DNA of 64,000 nt, from the NCBI GenBank assembly GCA_963422365.1, contig OY729426.1, positions 2,208,001 through 2,272,000 on the forward strand, given 5' to 3'. The DNA comes from Nitrospirales bacterium. Lineage in GTDB: Bacteria > Nitrospirota > Nitrospiria > Nitrospirales > UBA8639. Made by a program: the position numbers and the translations under genes. This document shows, piece by piece, positions 37,641 to 46,961 of the stretch. The notes beneath the pieces are model-generated. The model worked only from the letters and a program-made list of their open reading frames with translations. It did no database searches and was not told the DNA's origin. How positions within the stretch are numbered: the stretch's first letter is position 1; every line of letters begins with the position of its first letter.

Positions 37641-38080
37641 GGATGTTGCTCGATCCACACGTCCCCGTCTGGCGTGTGCTCACATTTCCAGATTGGAGTG
37701 ATTTGCTTTAATTCATCGATACACCATTTGCAGGCCTTGAACGCATCCACTCGATGCATGGCGCCCACCACAATCAACACAATATTTTCTCCAATGTCGA
37801 TTTCTCCATACCGATGCAGAAGAAGCACTTCGATGACGTCAAAATCGTGCAGCGTGCGATCACGAATCTCTCGAAGTTTCTTTTGGGCCATCCCTTCGTA
37901 GTATTCAAACGTCATGCGACTGACATCCCGATCATCCGACCGATCTCGCGCCGTTCCGAGAAAGGTCGCAATTCCACCAATTCGCGTGGATCGATTCCGC
38001 ACGCGGTTGATTTCTTCATCAATCGAAAAATTTTCACGTTGGACTCGGACCAACATGGCTTCTGTATCAACGGTAGACAT
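37637..38080 (-). CDS. moaE: Molybdopterin synthase catalytic subunit
   Basis: GGIATFLGTAR, HRYG, HRVDAF, IDELKQITPIWK motifs. Confidence 0.95.
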   Translation of the reverse strand: MSTVDTEAMLVRVQRENFSIDEEINRVRNRSTRIGGIATFLGTARDRSDDRDVSRMTFEYYEGMAQKKLREIRDRTLHDFDVIEVLLLHRYGEIDIGENIVLIVVGAMHRVDAFKACKWCIDELKQITPIWKCEHTPDGDVWIEQHP

Positions 38081-38360
38081 AGAAACGCGTCCCCCTTGGC
38101 GTAGACGATCCACCGGAAAACGGCGGAAGCAACGCGATTTCATCAGAGCTTGCAAGTTCGGTCTCGCCATGAGCAATGTTGTGATTCACCGACACAAGAA
38201 CTTTCCGTTTGAGCAACAAATCCCCCACATCGGGATTCATTGACTGGATCGCCACGATCAAATCATTGACGTGGCAGCCCTGATCTAACCTCACCTTCAG
38301 TTCAGGTTCATTGTGAAGCTGAGTTTTCAACAGGCCAAACAATTTTACCGTGACGGTCAT
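38067..38360 (-). CDS. moaD: Molybdopterin synthase sulfur carrier with C-terminal extension
   Basis: VTVKLFG...VSVN...DEIALLPPFSGG followed by SSTPRGTRFYVYR. Confidence 0.9.
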   Translation of the reverse strand: MTVTVKLFGLLKTQLHNEPELKVRLDQGCHVNDLIVAIQSMNPDVGDLLLKRKVLVSVNHNIAHGETELASSDEIALLPPFSGGSSTPRGTRFYVYR

Positions 38361-38887
38361 GATTGGGGTCCATTCGCTGGCGTCAACACCTCGACGTCGG
38401 CTCGTTGATAGATCCCGGAATTCCCTCCGGATTTTGAGACCAAACACATTTCGCCGACACTCATGCCTTTATCGACGGCTTTGCACATGTCATAAATCGT
38501 TAATGCAGCAATCGACACTGCGGTCATTGCTTCCATTTCGACCCCAGTTTGACCGTTGGTTTTGACGGAGGCCTGAATCGTTAATGAACATTGCCCTTTC
38601 TCATTGGGCCTGGTATTTTCCTGAAAGTCAATATTCACACTCGTAATCATCAGTGGATGACACATAGGGACCAAATCCGGTGTCCGCTTGGCACCCATGA
38701 CACCAGCCACCTGAGCCACGGCCACGACGTCGCCTTTAGCAATTTTCCCTTCCTGAATACGGCGGAGGGTTTCCGGAAGCATAAACACCTGTCCCTGAGC
38801 CACCGCAATTCGTTCAGTCGAACCTTTGGCTGAAACATCAACCATCCTCGCATGTCCAGATTCATTGAAATGCGTAAAATCAGCCAC
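38357..38887 (-). CDS. moaC: Cyclic pyranopterin monophosphate synthase
   Basis: ARMVDVSAK, LVPMCHPL, TGVEMEA, TIYDMCKAVD motifs. Confidence 0.97.
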   Translation of the reverse strand: MADFTHFNESGHARMVDVSAKGSTERIAVAQGQVFMLPETLRRIQEGKIAKGDVVAVAQVAGVMGAKRTPDLVPMCHPLMITSVNIDFQENTRPNEKGQCSLTIQASVKTNGQTGVEMEAMTAVSIAALTIYDMCKAVDKGMSVGEMCLVSKSGGNSGIYQRADVEVLTPANGPQS

Positions 38888-38922
38888 TTGCTTTAATCTT
38901 CCTTCTTCAACAGTTCCACGCT

Positions 38923-38952
38923 ATTATAGGAGCCCTCCGAAAAGCGGGTCAA
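38923..38952 (-). promoter_or_regulatory. Putative sigma70 promoter of the moaCDEA-accD operon
   Basis: TTGACC-N18-TATAAT on the minus strand. Confidence 0.6.
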
Positions 38953-39016
38953 GCAACAGCAGCCGGTTTCCTAGCCCAGCGTTCTCATCCCTGGTCGTAG
39001 CAAGACGGGTTCAGGC

Positions 39017-39045
39017 TTGACACGTATTTCCCCCTTCCCGACAAT
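39017..39045 (+). promoter_or_regulatory. Putative sigma70 promoter of the folB fusion (leaderless)
   Basis: TTGACA-N17-GACAAT; ATG begins 6 nt downstream. Confidence 0.55.
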
Positions 39046-39051
39046 GCTTGC

Positions 39052-39996
39052 ATGCATGAAGCAATCATCATTGAAGGAATACGTTTTCAGGCAAGGTGTG
39101 GAGTCACGCTGGAAGAACGACAACGCCCTCAACCGCTGTTGGTGGATCTTGAAGTCGCCTGCTCAGCCGAAGATGCCATTCATTCCGATCACCTCGCCAA
39201 AACCGTGGATTATGCCCAAGTCATCCAACGGGTGGTTGATGTAGGGACAGCCAATGAAACCCTATTGATTGAACGATTGGCGAATCAGATTTCTCAAGTT
39301 CTCATGGTGGAATTTCCTATTCGGCGATTAACAATCTGGCTTCGAAAGGCCTCACCACCGCTCCCGGATGTGACAGGTTCAGTTGGCATACGCCTGACGT
39401 ACCCACGCATGAGAGCGAAAAATTCACATGCCTCACACCCTTCCCCTTTTCTGAGCACCACGGCCCATATGATCCCTCAAGGTAAAGTATTGGATGTGGC
39501 CACTGGAGAAGGACGGCATGCCCTGTACATGGCCGCTCAAGACTATGAAGTGATCGGTCTTGATCGAGACACTGTCGCACTCGATACTCTTGCACGTACA
39601 GCCAATGCGCGTCGCCTTTCAAATCTTTCGACGTGGAACGTAGACCTGGAAAGACAGCCTGAGACCCCACCCTCTCTTGGCAATCAAGAATATGAAGGCA
39701 TTTTGGTGTTTTTCTATCTTTTCCGACCACTCTTTCCATCCATCCTTCAAGCCCTTAAGCCTGGCGGAGTCCTCATCTATGAAACATTTTTGATTGATCA
39801 CCACCTCCAGTTTCGTCATCCCCGAAAGAAGGAATTCTGTTTAAGACATAATGAACTGCTTCAATTAACAAACCAACTGCGAGTTTTGTGCTATCAGGAA
39901 GGACCACAACCTTCCTCTTCCCATCAAAGCCCTGCCCTTACCGCACGGCTTGTCGCTCAAAAAGCTTGCCCCGGGCTTGACCCGGGGTCACGATGA
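39052..39996 (+). CDS. folB: Dihydroneopterin aldolase fused to a class I SAM methyltransferase (TehB-like)
   Basis: CGVTLEER, TVDYA, LIERLA, LRK in the N-terminal half; VLDVATGEGRHA, LKPGGVLIYETF in the C-terminal half. Confidence 0.85.
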   Translation: MHEAIIIEGIRFQARCGVTLEERQRPQPLLVDLEVACSAEDAIHSDHLAKTVDYAQVIQRVVDVGTANETLLIERLANQISQVLMVEFPIRRLTIWLRKASPPLPDVTGSVGIRLTYPRMRAKNSHASHPSPFLSTTAHMIPQGKVLDVATGEGRHALYMAAQDYEVIGLDRDTVALDTLARTANARRLSNLSTWNVDLERQPETPPSLGNQEYEGILVFFYLFRPLFPSILQALKPGGVLIYETFLIDHHLQFRHPRKKEFCLRHNELLQLTNQLRVLCYQEGPQPSSSHQSPALTARLVAQKACPGLDPGSR

Positions 39997-40024
39997 TTTT
40001 CTGGAGGCAATCGGGTTATCCTCA

Positions 40025-40867
40025 ATGGCACGAATCGATCTTCATCTTCATACCATCTACTCCGATGGCAGTTTGACACCGGCAGAAGTCGTTGCCTTGG
40101 CCCATCAAGTGGGAATCACAGCCATAGCGATTACGGATCACGACATCGTCGACGGCGTTCCTCACGCCTTGGAGGCTGCGACGAGACTCGGCATTGAAAT
40201 CATCCCCGGCGTCGAGTTAAGTTCACGCTTGAACGGACAGGAACTCCACATCCTCGGCTATTTTTTTGATTGGCAAGATCCAACCTTCCAAGATCATCTG
40301 GCTCAACAACGTCTTTCACGACATGCCAGGAATCCGCAGGCCATCGAACGGCTTCACAAATTAGGGCTTGACCTTTCCGAGGACGAAGTCAAGGCAAAAG
40401 CCAGCTCCGACTCCATTGGCCGTCCGCATATCGCTCAGGTGTTGGTTGACAAGGGCTACGTCCGCAATGTCCAAGAAGCATTTGATCGATATTTAGGCGA
40501 GGGAACCGTTGCCTATGTGCCTCGGACATTATCCGACACTCGTGAAGTCATCACTTGGATTCGCAACGCGAGAGGAGTCCCGGTCCTGGCTCACCCTACG
40601 TGGACACGATGTACAGGTGAACCCCTTTATCGATTGTGTGCGCATTTAAAGGAAGCAGGGCTTTTAGGGTTGGAAGTATTTTACAGCACACATAACCGGA
40701 AACAAACTTCACAGTATCTTGAATTGGCAAAACAGTTAGACCTGTTAGTCACTGGCGGAAGCGATTTTCACGGTGCGGCGAACCCGGCTATTCAGATAGG
40801 TCGAGGCAAGGGAGATTTAAAAGTCCCGAACGCTTTACTGGATCCATTACGACGGGCCGCTCAATAA
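40025..40867 (+). CDS. PHP-domain metallophosphoesterase (TrpH/YciV-like)
   Basis: DLHLHTIYSDG, AITDHD, GRPHIA, LAHP, TGGSDFHG motifs. Confidence 0.93.
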   Translation: MARIDLHLHTIYSDGSLTPAEVVALAHQVGITAIAITDHDIVDGVPHALEAATRLGIEIIPGVELSSRLNGQELHILGYFFDWQDPTFQDHLAQQRLSRHARNPQAIERLHKLGLDLSEDEVKAKASSDSIGRPHIAQVLVDKGYVRNVQEAFDRYLGEGTVAYVPRTLSDTREVITWIRNARGVPVLAHPTWTRCTGEPLYRLCAHLKEAGLLGLEVFYSTHNRKQTSQYLELAKQLDLLVTGGSDFHGAANPAIQIGRGKGDLKVPNALLDPLRRAAQ

Positions 40868-40884
40868 GCGTCTTATGTCACTTG

Positions 40885-41898
40885 CTAATTTTCTGGCGCT
40901 TCAACGATGTGATTTTCAAACCGAGTACAGCCCTCAGCCAGTAATCGGTTGGTCAGCATCTCACCAGGCCATTCAATCGGCAAGTCTGCCGTAAAGACCC
41001 AGACATCCGGCGAGGTCCAAATTGGGCCATGGTCTTCTGGTAAATCAGGGTCGAACAGGTCGGTCCAGACAGGCATATAGACCCCATTCCCACATTGAGT
41101 GTGCAAATGAACAATCGCTCGACTCCGAACCGGAGAATCGAGATCATGCCAGACCGCTGCCGTTTCATCAGCCAGCCGATGAAGTCTTACGGCATTCTGC
41201 GCATCAAACATTCCATACGCGGCATACACCGGCACCTCTAACATATTCGGCGCCAAGGCGATCTCAGGGCATTGATCCATAAGTCCCTGCAATAAGGTTT
41301 CCCGCTCCTTGTCAGGGATGGTCTCAGGGAGGGATGAATCACTCGCACCAATTAATTCAAACAGCAAAAATGCCGTCGATTCAACGGGAGGATGTAAGCG
41401 AGCGGTAATGGGCTGCCGACGCTGAGAACTGGCCATACATGACAAATGTTCGTGAAGTTTCTGAAGAGTTAAAAAATCCAGGGTCGTATCAGTGAGCAAG
41501 CGCGGTTCGACCGTCACCACCGTCCCAGGAGGGATTTGCAAACATTCTCGCAATAATTCCGCTGTTTTTTCCGGATTAAGCTTCAATCCAAGAGGCGCAG
41601 CCAAATTCGCCTGCAGAGATAACTCAATCGCGCCCAATATGGCATAGGCAGGGTCGTCATCATGATCGCCCTCAATCAAAACCGAGCACGCGGCCTCTGC
41701 TAACAGGTCAAACAGCCACTCGGCCATTTCTTCATCCAAGGCCGCGAGAACGGTGAGAACATCATGTTCTCGGTCTTGTTCAAGCAACGCCTGCAGGACT
41801 TCAATGGCGAGTTCGGAATCACCGTGATCATGACGGCGTGCATTGATCAGATGAATCAGGTCTCGGGTTAACGAGTCAGGGCGATACCAACTAGACAT
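40885..41898 (-). CDS. Hypothetical acidic protein
   Basis: 337-aa ORF with natural composition; no family recognised. Confidence 0.75.
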   Translation of the reverse strand: MSSWYRPDSLTRDLIHLINARRHDHGDSELAIEVLQALLEQDREHDVLTVLAALDEEMAEWLFDLLAEAACSVLIEGDHDDDPAYAILGAIELSLQANLAAPLGLKLNPEKTAELLRECLQIPPGTVVTVEPRLLTDTTLDFLTLQKLHEHLSCMASSQRRQPITARLHPPVESTAFLLFELIGASDSSLPETIPDKERETLLQGLMDQCPEIALAPNMLEVPVYAAYGMFDAQNAVRLHRLADETAAVWHDLDSPVRSRAIVHLHTQCGNGVYMPVWTDLFDPDLPEDHGPIWTSPDVWVFTADLPIEWPGEMLTNRLLAEGCTRFENHIVEAPEN

Positions 41899-42481
41899 GT
41901 GCGGAGTTCAAACTCGACGTACTCTAAAATTTGGTGTCCACCCATGGTCGGGTGTCGGGCCTTTTCGGTTTCCGTGACTAGCACAACAAGCCTTCACTCA
42001 CCAAGACTCTTAATCCAGACGCCTAACGCCTAGACACCGACAGCCATCCCATTCGCCATCGACACTTTGTTCCCAGGATCAAAACTTCAGTTGCCCATTG
42101 GGCATAACCACACCGCAATGGGCAGCATCAACTTAATGGGAATATTTCTGTTTCACCGCTTGCAAGATGCATTCTGCATACGGTGAATCCGATATGCAAG
42201 CCATTTAGAAGCCATGATGTTTCCATCGTTTTTCAACGAGCCGTAAGACGCTGTTTCTCCCTCATCCCTCCTTGAACTTGCAATACTCAATCCATACGTG
42301 CACCGACCTTCTCGTCCAAAACCTCATGAACCACTTCCTTGCCACGGTTTGACATACCTAAGGGCGAGTGGTATGAAGAAGTACTCTTGCGTAGCTCGTT
42401 ATCAGAAAAGATACGTCGACACACTTCATCCTCTGAGCCGTCTATGTTCCGAGCACTCTCCTCACACACCAGAGGGTACTC

Positions 42482-43045
42482 ATGACATCGACCATGCCTT
42501 TCCTTACCGTGTCCCCTTCCTCTTCTCCTCTCCTCTTTGCTCAAAACGATGATCAAGACCTCGATTTCGAAGACGGATTAGAAGACTTTGACGATTCTCG
42601 GCATAAACCTCCTCGCCGCCGATGGTTTGTAGTCATTCTGACTATCCTTTTGGTCGCAGGTCTCTGGTACGTCGTGACGAATCCAGAGATACGGTCCTCC
42701 CTCACCCAAGTGGTGACGGGAATAGTCCACACCGCACTCGATCTGCGTGCTGAAGATCCCGCTTCTCAACACGACCGAAACGTCCCTGGTCCATCGAATA
42801 TTCCTTCCATGCCCGCCTTTCACGAAGGACAACTTGTCGCCGTCGTGCTACAAGGAGACCCTCTTGATCCCTTCAGGTTAAGCAATGATGCCGAAGGGGA
42901 ACAGCGAGGCCCTTTAGTGAAAACCGGCGATGTACTCACCATCATCGATGGGAGTCTCATCAAGAAGAAGTGGGTCTATTTCGTACAGACGACGTTCGGA
43001 GATTCGGGGTGGATTAAAGAAGCGTACCTTCAAGCACAATCATAG
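42482..43045 (+). CDS. Single-pass membrane protein with SH3-like C-terminus
   Basis: Acidic N-terminus, RRR-flanked TM helix, C-terminal WVYFVQT..GDSGWI..L. Confidence 0.7.
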   Translation: MTSTMPFLTVSPSSSPLLFAQNDDQDLDFEDGLEDFDDSRHKPPRRRWFVVILTILLVAGLWYVVTNPEIRSSLTQVVTGIVHTALDLRAEDPASQHDRNVPGPSNIPSMPAFHEGQLVAVVLQGDPLDPFRLSNDAEGEQRGPLVKTGDVLTIIDGSLIKKKWVYFVQTTFGDSGWIKEAYLQAQS

Positions 43046-43242
43046 ATTGCAGCCATGTTCAGAAGAAACCTGCGATCTCTCAAGCTAAATTGCAGGCCTC
43101 CGAGTTTTCGGAGTTCGGTTTTTGCTCGGTCCTCCACAATGTTGCCTGACCTGTTCTCACCGAGACACGTTTATTGCAATTCGTATCAAATTCTTTTCAC
43201 CCACATCGTTCACCCTCGTTTTTTACATCGATACTAACGCAG

Positions 43243-44127
43243 ATGACCACCGTCACAGAAGCCCACTCCTATTGCATCCAAAAGACCAAAGACAGTGGGA
43301 GCAATTTTTACTATTCATTTCTTTTTTTACCCCATCCCTGCCGGGAAGCCATGTCGACCATTTACACATTCTGTCACGAGTTGGATGCTACCGTGGATCA
43401 CCCCGCTCAGGGCGTGGACCCATACGACCAACTTGCGCAATGGCGTCGAGAAATTGAGGCGACCTATCAAGGCACCCCGCAATACCCGGTGACCATGAGT
43501 CTGGCAGATCATGTTCGCACACTCGGCATTCCACAGGACTATTTTCAAGAACTCATGACTGGCATGGAAATGGATCTGACAATCAAGCGGTATGCGACCT
43601 TTGAAGATTTATATCTCTACTGCTATCGCGTGGCCTCGATTGTTGGATTGATCTGTTTAAAAGTATTCGGAACCACCGATCCACGTGCACAGAACTATGC
43701 CATCAACTTAGGGATGGCCTTTCAGCTGACCAATATCATTCGCGATATTGGAGCCGATGCTGAACGAGACCGGATTTATGTGCCACAAGAAGACTTGGCG
43801 AGGTTTGACTGTTCCGAGAACCAGTTTTTGGCCAAAACCTCTTCGCCTCAATTTATTCGGCTTATGGAATTCCAGGCCGCTCGGGCCCATGACTACTATC
43901 GAAAAGCACAAACCGTGTATGACACCCTTTCATCGGCCAATCGCCAATCTTTACTTTCGGCAGAAATCATGCGTGCAATATACCTTCGCCTTTTAACCCG
44001 TATTGAAAAAACGCGATTCGCCATTTTTTCTTCTCGCATTCGAGTTCCCCCAACCCTTCGACTAACCACAGCCCTCATGGCTTGGGTACGACGATCATTC
44101 CAAAATCGTTTTTCTCGCCGGACATGA
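43243..44127 (+). CDS. hpnD: Presqualene diphosphate synthase HpnD (squalene/phytoene synthase family)
   Basis: SGSNFYYSFLFLP, YCYRVASIVG, FQLTNIIRD, RIYVP motifs. Confidence 0.8.
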   Translation: MTTVTEAHSYCIQKTKDSGSNFYYSFLFLPHPCREAMSTIYTFCHELDATVDHPAQGVDPYDQLAQWRREIEATYQGTPQYPVTMSLADHVRTLGIPQDYFQELMTGMEMDLTIKRYATFEDLYLYCYRVASIVGLICLKVFGTTDPRAQNYAINLGMAFQLTNIIRDIGADAERDRIYVPQEDLARFDCSENQFLAKTSSPQFIRLMEFQAARAHDYYRKAQTVYDTLSSANRQSLLSAEIMRAIYLRLLTRIEKTRFAIFSSRIRVPPTLRLTTALMAWVRRSFQNRFSRRT

Positions 44128-44176
44128 CGCATCTCCGGTGATTGGAGGAATCCTTGCTCACCCTGTCACCACGCAA

Positions 44177-44205
44177 TTGACAACGAAGGGCCCCCTTTCT
44201 ATGAT
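44177..44205 (+). promoter_or_regulatory. Sigma70 promoter of udg (near-leaderless)
   Basis: TTGACA-N17-TATGAT; ATG begins 9 nt downstream. Confidence 0.7.
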
Positions 44206-44214
44206 GCCACTCGT

Positions 44215-44826
44215 ATGTCGCTCACTGACCTCTGCGAATCCTTACGCACCTGCCAGCAATGTCGTCTGGCTTCCGGACGGACCCATGTCGTATTCGGGAG
44301 TGGGAATCCGGAGGCCTCGATCATGTTTGTCGGAGAAGCCCCTGGGTTCCACGAGGACAAGCAAGGGGTTCCTTTTGTCGGCGCAGCAGGAAACCTCTTA
44401 ACGGAATTATTGGAATCGGTTAGGCTTTCCCGGTCAGATATTTATATTGCAAATGTTATTAAATGCCGCCCTCCTCATAACCGCGACCCCACACCGGATG
44501 AAGTTGAGACGTGCAAACCCTTCCTTCTTCAGCAAATCCACCTTATCAAACCACAGTTGGTCTGTTCCCTGGGCAATTTTGCCACCCAAACACTTTTGGG
44601 AAGAAAAGTTGGGATCACAAAGGTCCATGGTCAACCGTTTCTATTATCGGAGTTTCGATTGTTTCCGCTGTTCCATCCTGCCGCGGCTCTTCACCAAGAA
44701 CATCTCCTTCCGCTTCTTCGGGAAGATTTTCAAAAATTAAGGCAGCTCATGGAGACCATGGCGGATCCACGGCAGGAGGCAGCAGTTTCAGCCATTGCCA
44801 AACCCGTCCAAATGGATTTGTTTTAA
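44215..44826 (+). CDS. udg: Uracil-DNA glycosylase family 4
   Basis: CQQCRL, GEAPG, PFVG, NVIKCRPP.NR, FHPAA motifs. Confidence 0.95.
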   Translation: MSLTDLCESLRTCQQCRLASGRTHVVFGSGNPEASIMFVGEAPGFHEDKQGVPFVGAAGNLLTELLESVRLSRSDIYIANVIKCRPPHNRDPTPDEVETCKPFLLQQIHLIKPQLVCSLGNFATQTLLGRKVGITKVHGQPFLLSEFRLFPLFHPAAALHQEHLLPLLREDFQKLRQLMETMADPRQEAAVSAIAKPVQMDLF

Positions 44827-44987
44827 CGTATCTGAGGGGCGGTTCACTGCGAATGAGTACGTTCTCCGCAGCGACACGTTCGGGTTGCGCTAGGAGAAAA
44901 ACTGTATCGGTCACGATGGGGAAAAGGTCTGGAAAGGACTAACGAAAATACGGCATGATCACGGCAAGCAAGCCCTGCATGCTGTGA

Positions 44988-45539
44988 TCATGTCGGGTGT
45001 GCAGATGAGGGTTTGTCTTCCGTTACGACGATCCTTTCCTCCTGAACTGCTGAATCGCCGGAAATTTCTTGGTCTGTTTGATCCTGACTCGATGCCTCGA
45101 ATTCTTCGCGGTCTTCTTCCGGAGTCTCAAACCACTTGACCAACATTTCTTCCCACCACACTTCATCAACATCCGTACCCGGATCGACCCCCAAGAAAGA
45201 CACTTCGGCTTCCGTCATATTCGGATCAATCTCCGTAGGACGAACACGGGCGCGATCGACCACTTCTTTAGTCGCATACCCGCCAACAATCCAAGAAGGT
45301 GGATCAGCCCTTCGAGATTTATAGGCCTGAAGTTGAAGCTTGAGATAGACAAAAATTTTCCGCTGCCCATGATCCTCGAACCCGCTGGATGGGAGGCTTA
45401 ATGTTTTTTCAATCTTTTTTCTCCATTTCCGTTGATCATATCGTGAGGTCACCAACTGCAAGGCTTTTGTTCCATCCTCAACGTCAAGTGGCATAAGACC
45501 TCCTTCGGCTTCCGGAATACTCAACAGACACGCATTCAA
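44988..45539 (-). CDS. Hypothetical protein
   Basis: Overlaps the pmbA stop (ATGA-type coupling); acidic tail; start may be the later MPLDVED. Confidence 0.7.
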   Translation of the reverse strand: MNACLLSIPEAEGGLMPLDVEDGTKALQLVTSRYDQRKWRKKIEKTLSLPSSGFEDHGQRKIFVYLKLQLQAYKSRRADPPSWIVGGYATKEVVDRARVRPTEIDPNMTEAEVSFLGVDPGTDVDEVWWEEMLVKWFETPEEDREEFEASSQDQTDQEISGDSAVQEERIVVTEDKPSSAHPT

Positions 45540-46894
45540 TGGCCCCCCACCATCATGTCACGTATGTATATGGTGGGACTCGCAAGTCTCCCCCGAAATG
45601 TTAAATCATTCCCAATCGACTCAATAGCTTGGAACATGTGTTTCAAATTGCCGGCAATGGTCACTTCTTGAACAGGATAGGCCAACTCGCCATTTTCAAT
45701 CCAAAAGCCGGAAGCACCCCGAGAATAATCTCCCGTCACCATATTCACGCCAAATCCAATCAACTCGGTGACATACAACCCTTGCGTGACGGATCGAATG
45801 ATGTCGTCAGGCGAACTGTCACCGGGATGGAAGAATAAATTCGTCGGAGACACGGTGGGATTATCACCGATACTCCTGGAGGCGTTTCCCGTGGACGCCA
45901 TACCTAATTTTCTCCCGGAATACGTATCCAACAAATAACTGGAGAGTCCGCCACGTTCAACGATCATCGTTTTTCGGGTTGGCAACCCTTCTCCGTCAAA
46001 AGGGCGAGATCCTATCTTGCCGGGCATCCGACCGTTATCTTCAATATTCACATGTTTCGAGGCAATGGGCTTTCCCAATTGTCCCAGTAAAAATGAGGCA
46101 CCTTTATACAGTGAATAGCCGGAAACCGCACTCGAGAGATGCCCTAACAGACTTTGAGCTGTTTCCGGATCAAAAATCACAGGAACGCGTTGAGTCCCCA
46201 CCTTTCGGGCCCCCAAACGCCGAAGAGTCCGCTCCGCTGCTATCTGTCCAACTGACTCCGGATTCTCCAACTCATGACGTTTACGCGAGACCGTATACCA
46301 CAAGTCTCGTTGCATGCCCTGGTCGTCAGAGCCTTCGGCCACGGGTGTCACGGACAGGGAAAACCGGGAACTTCGATGGTACCCCAGAAAGCCATGTGTG
46401 TTAGCCAACACCACCGCGCCGTAGGCCGAAGCCGATTCGGCCCCCTCTGAATTGGTAATGCGAGGATCCGCATCCAGAGCAGCCTGTTCCGCACGTTGAG
46501 CTAAATGAATTTTTTCCTCCACGGGCATGGTGGTGGGATCATAGAGATCCAAATCGGGCATATCGGCCGCCAGAGCCGTTTGTTCGGGAAGTCCTGACGT
46601 CTCATCCTCAGCCACAGCCTTCGCAAGGGCACAGGTATCGACGACCAGCTGCTTGAGCGATACTTTAGAAAAATCCGAGGTGGACGCGCTGGCAGACCGT
46701 TTCCCGAAAAACACTCGAATTCCCAAACTTTTCTCCCGCGCCTTACTCAAACGATCGACAGCCGATAACCGCACCTGAACCGATACTGAATCCCCTTCTG
46801 CTACGAGGACGTCCGCTTCCGTGGCACCGTGGGCTTTGACCCGGTCAACCAATTCAGCGGCAAGGGTCTTCAGGACTTCTGGGGATTCATTCAT
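45536..46894 (-). CDS. pmbA: TldE/PmbA metalloprotease subunit
   Basis: RPFDGEG, TGNASR, GVNMVTGDYSRGASG, TIAGNL motifs. Confidence 0.95.
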   Translation of the reverse strand: MNESPEVLKTLAAELVDRVKAHGATEADVLVAEGDSVSVQVRLSAVDRLSKAREKSLGIRVFFGKRSASASTSDFSKVSLKQLVVDTCALAKAVAEDETSGLPEQTALAADMPDLDLYDPTTMPVEEKIHLAQRAEQAALDADPRITNSEGAESASAYGAVVLANTHGFLGYHRSSRFSLSVTPVAEGSDDQGMQRDLWYTVSRKRHELENPESVGQIAAERTLRRLGARKVGTQRVPVIFDPETAQSLLGHLSSAVSGYSLYKGASFLLGQLGKPIASKHVNIEDNGRMPGKIGSRPFDGEGLPTRKTMIVERGGLSSYLLDTYSGRKLGMASTGNASRSIGDNPTVSPTNLFFHPGDSSPDDIIRSVTQGLYVTELIGFGVNMVTGDYSRGASGFWIENGELAYPVQEVTIAGNLKHMFQAIESIGNDLTFRGRLASPTIYIRDMMVGGH

Positions 46895-46961
46895 GATGAA
46901 GGATGATGAAGTGACTGAATAAGCCTAAGGATAGGGTTCTGAATACTTCTGCGCGACAGTG

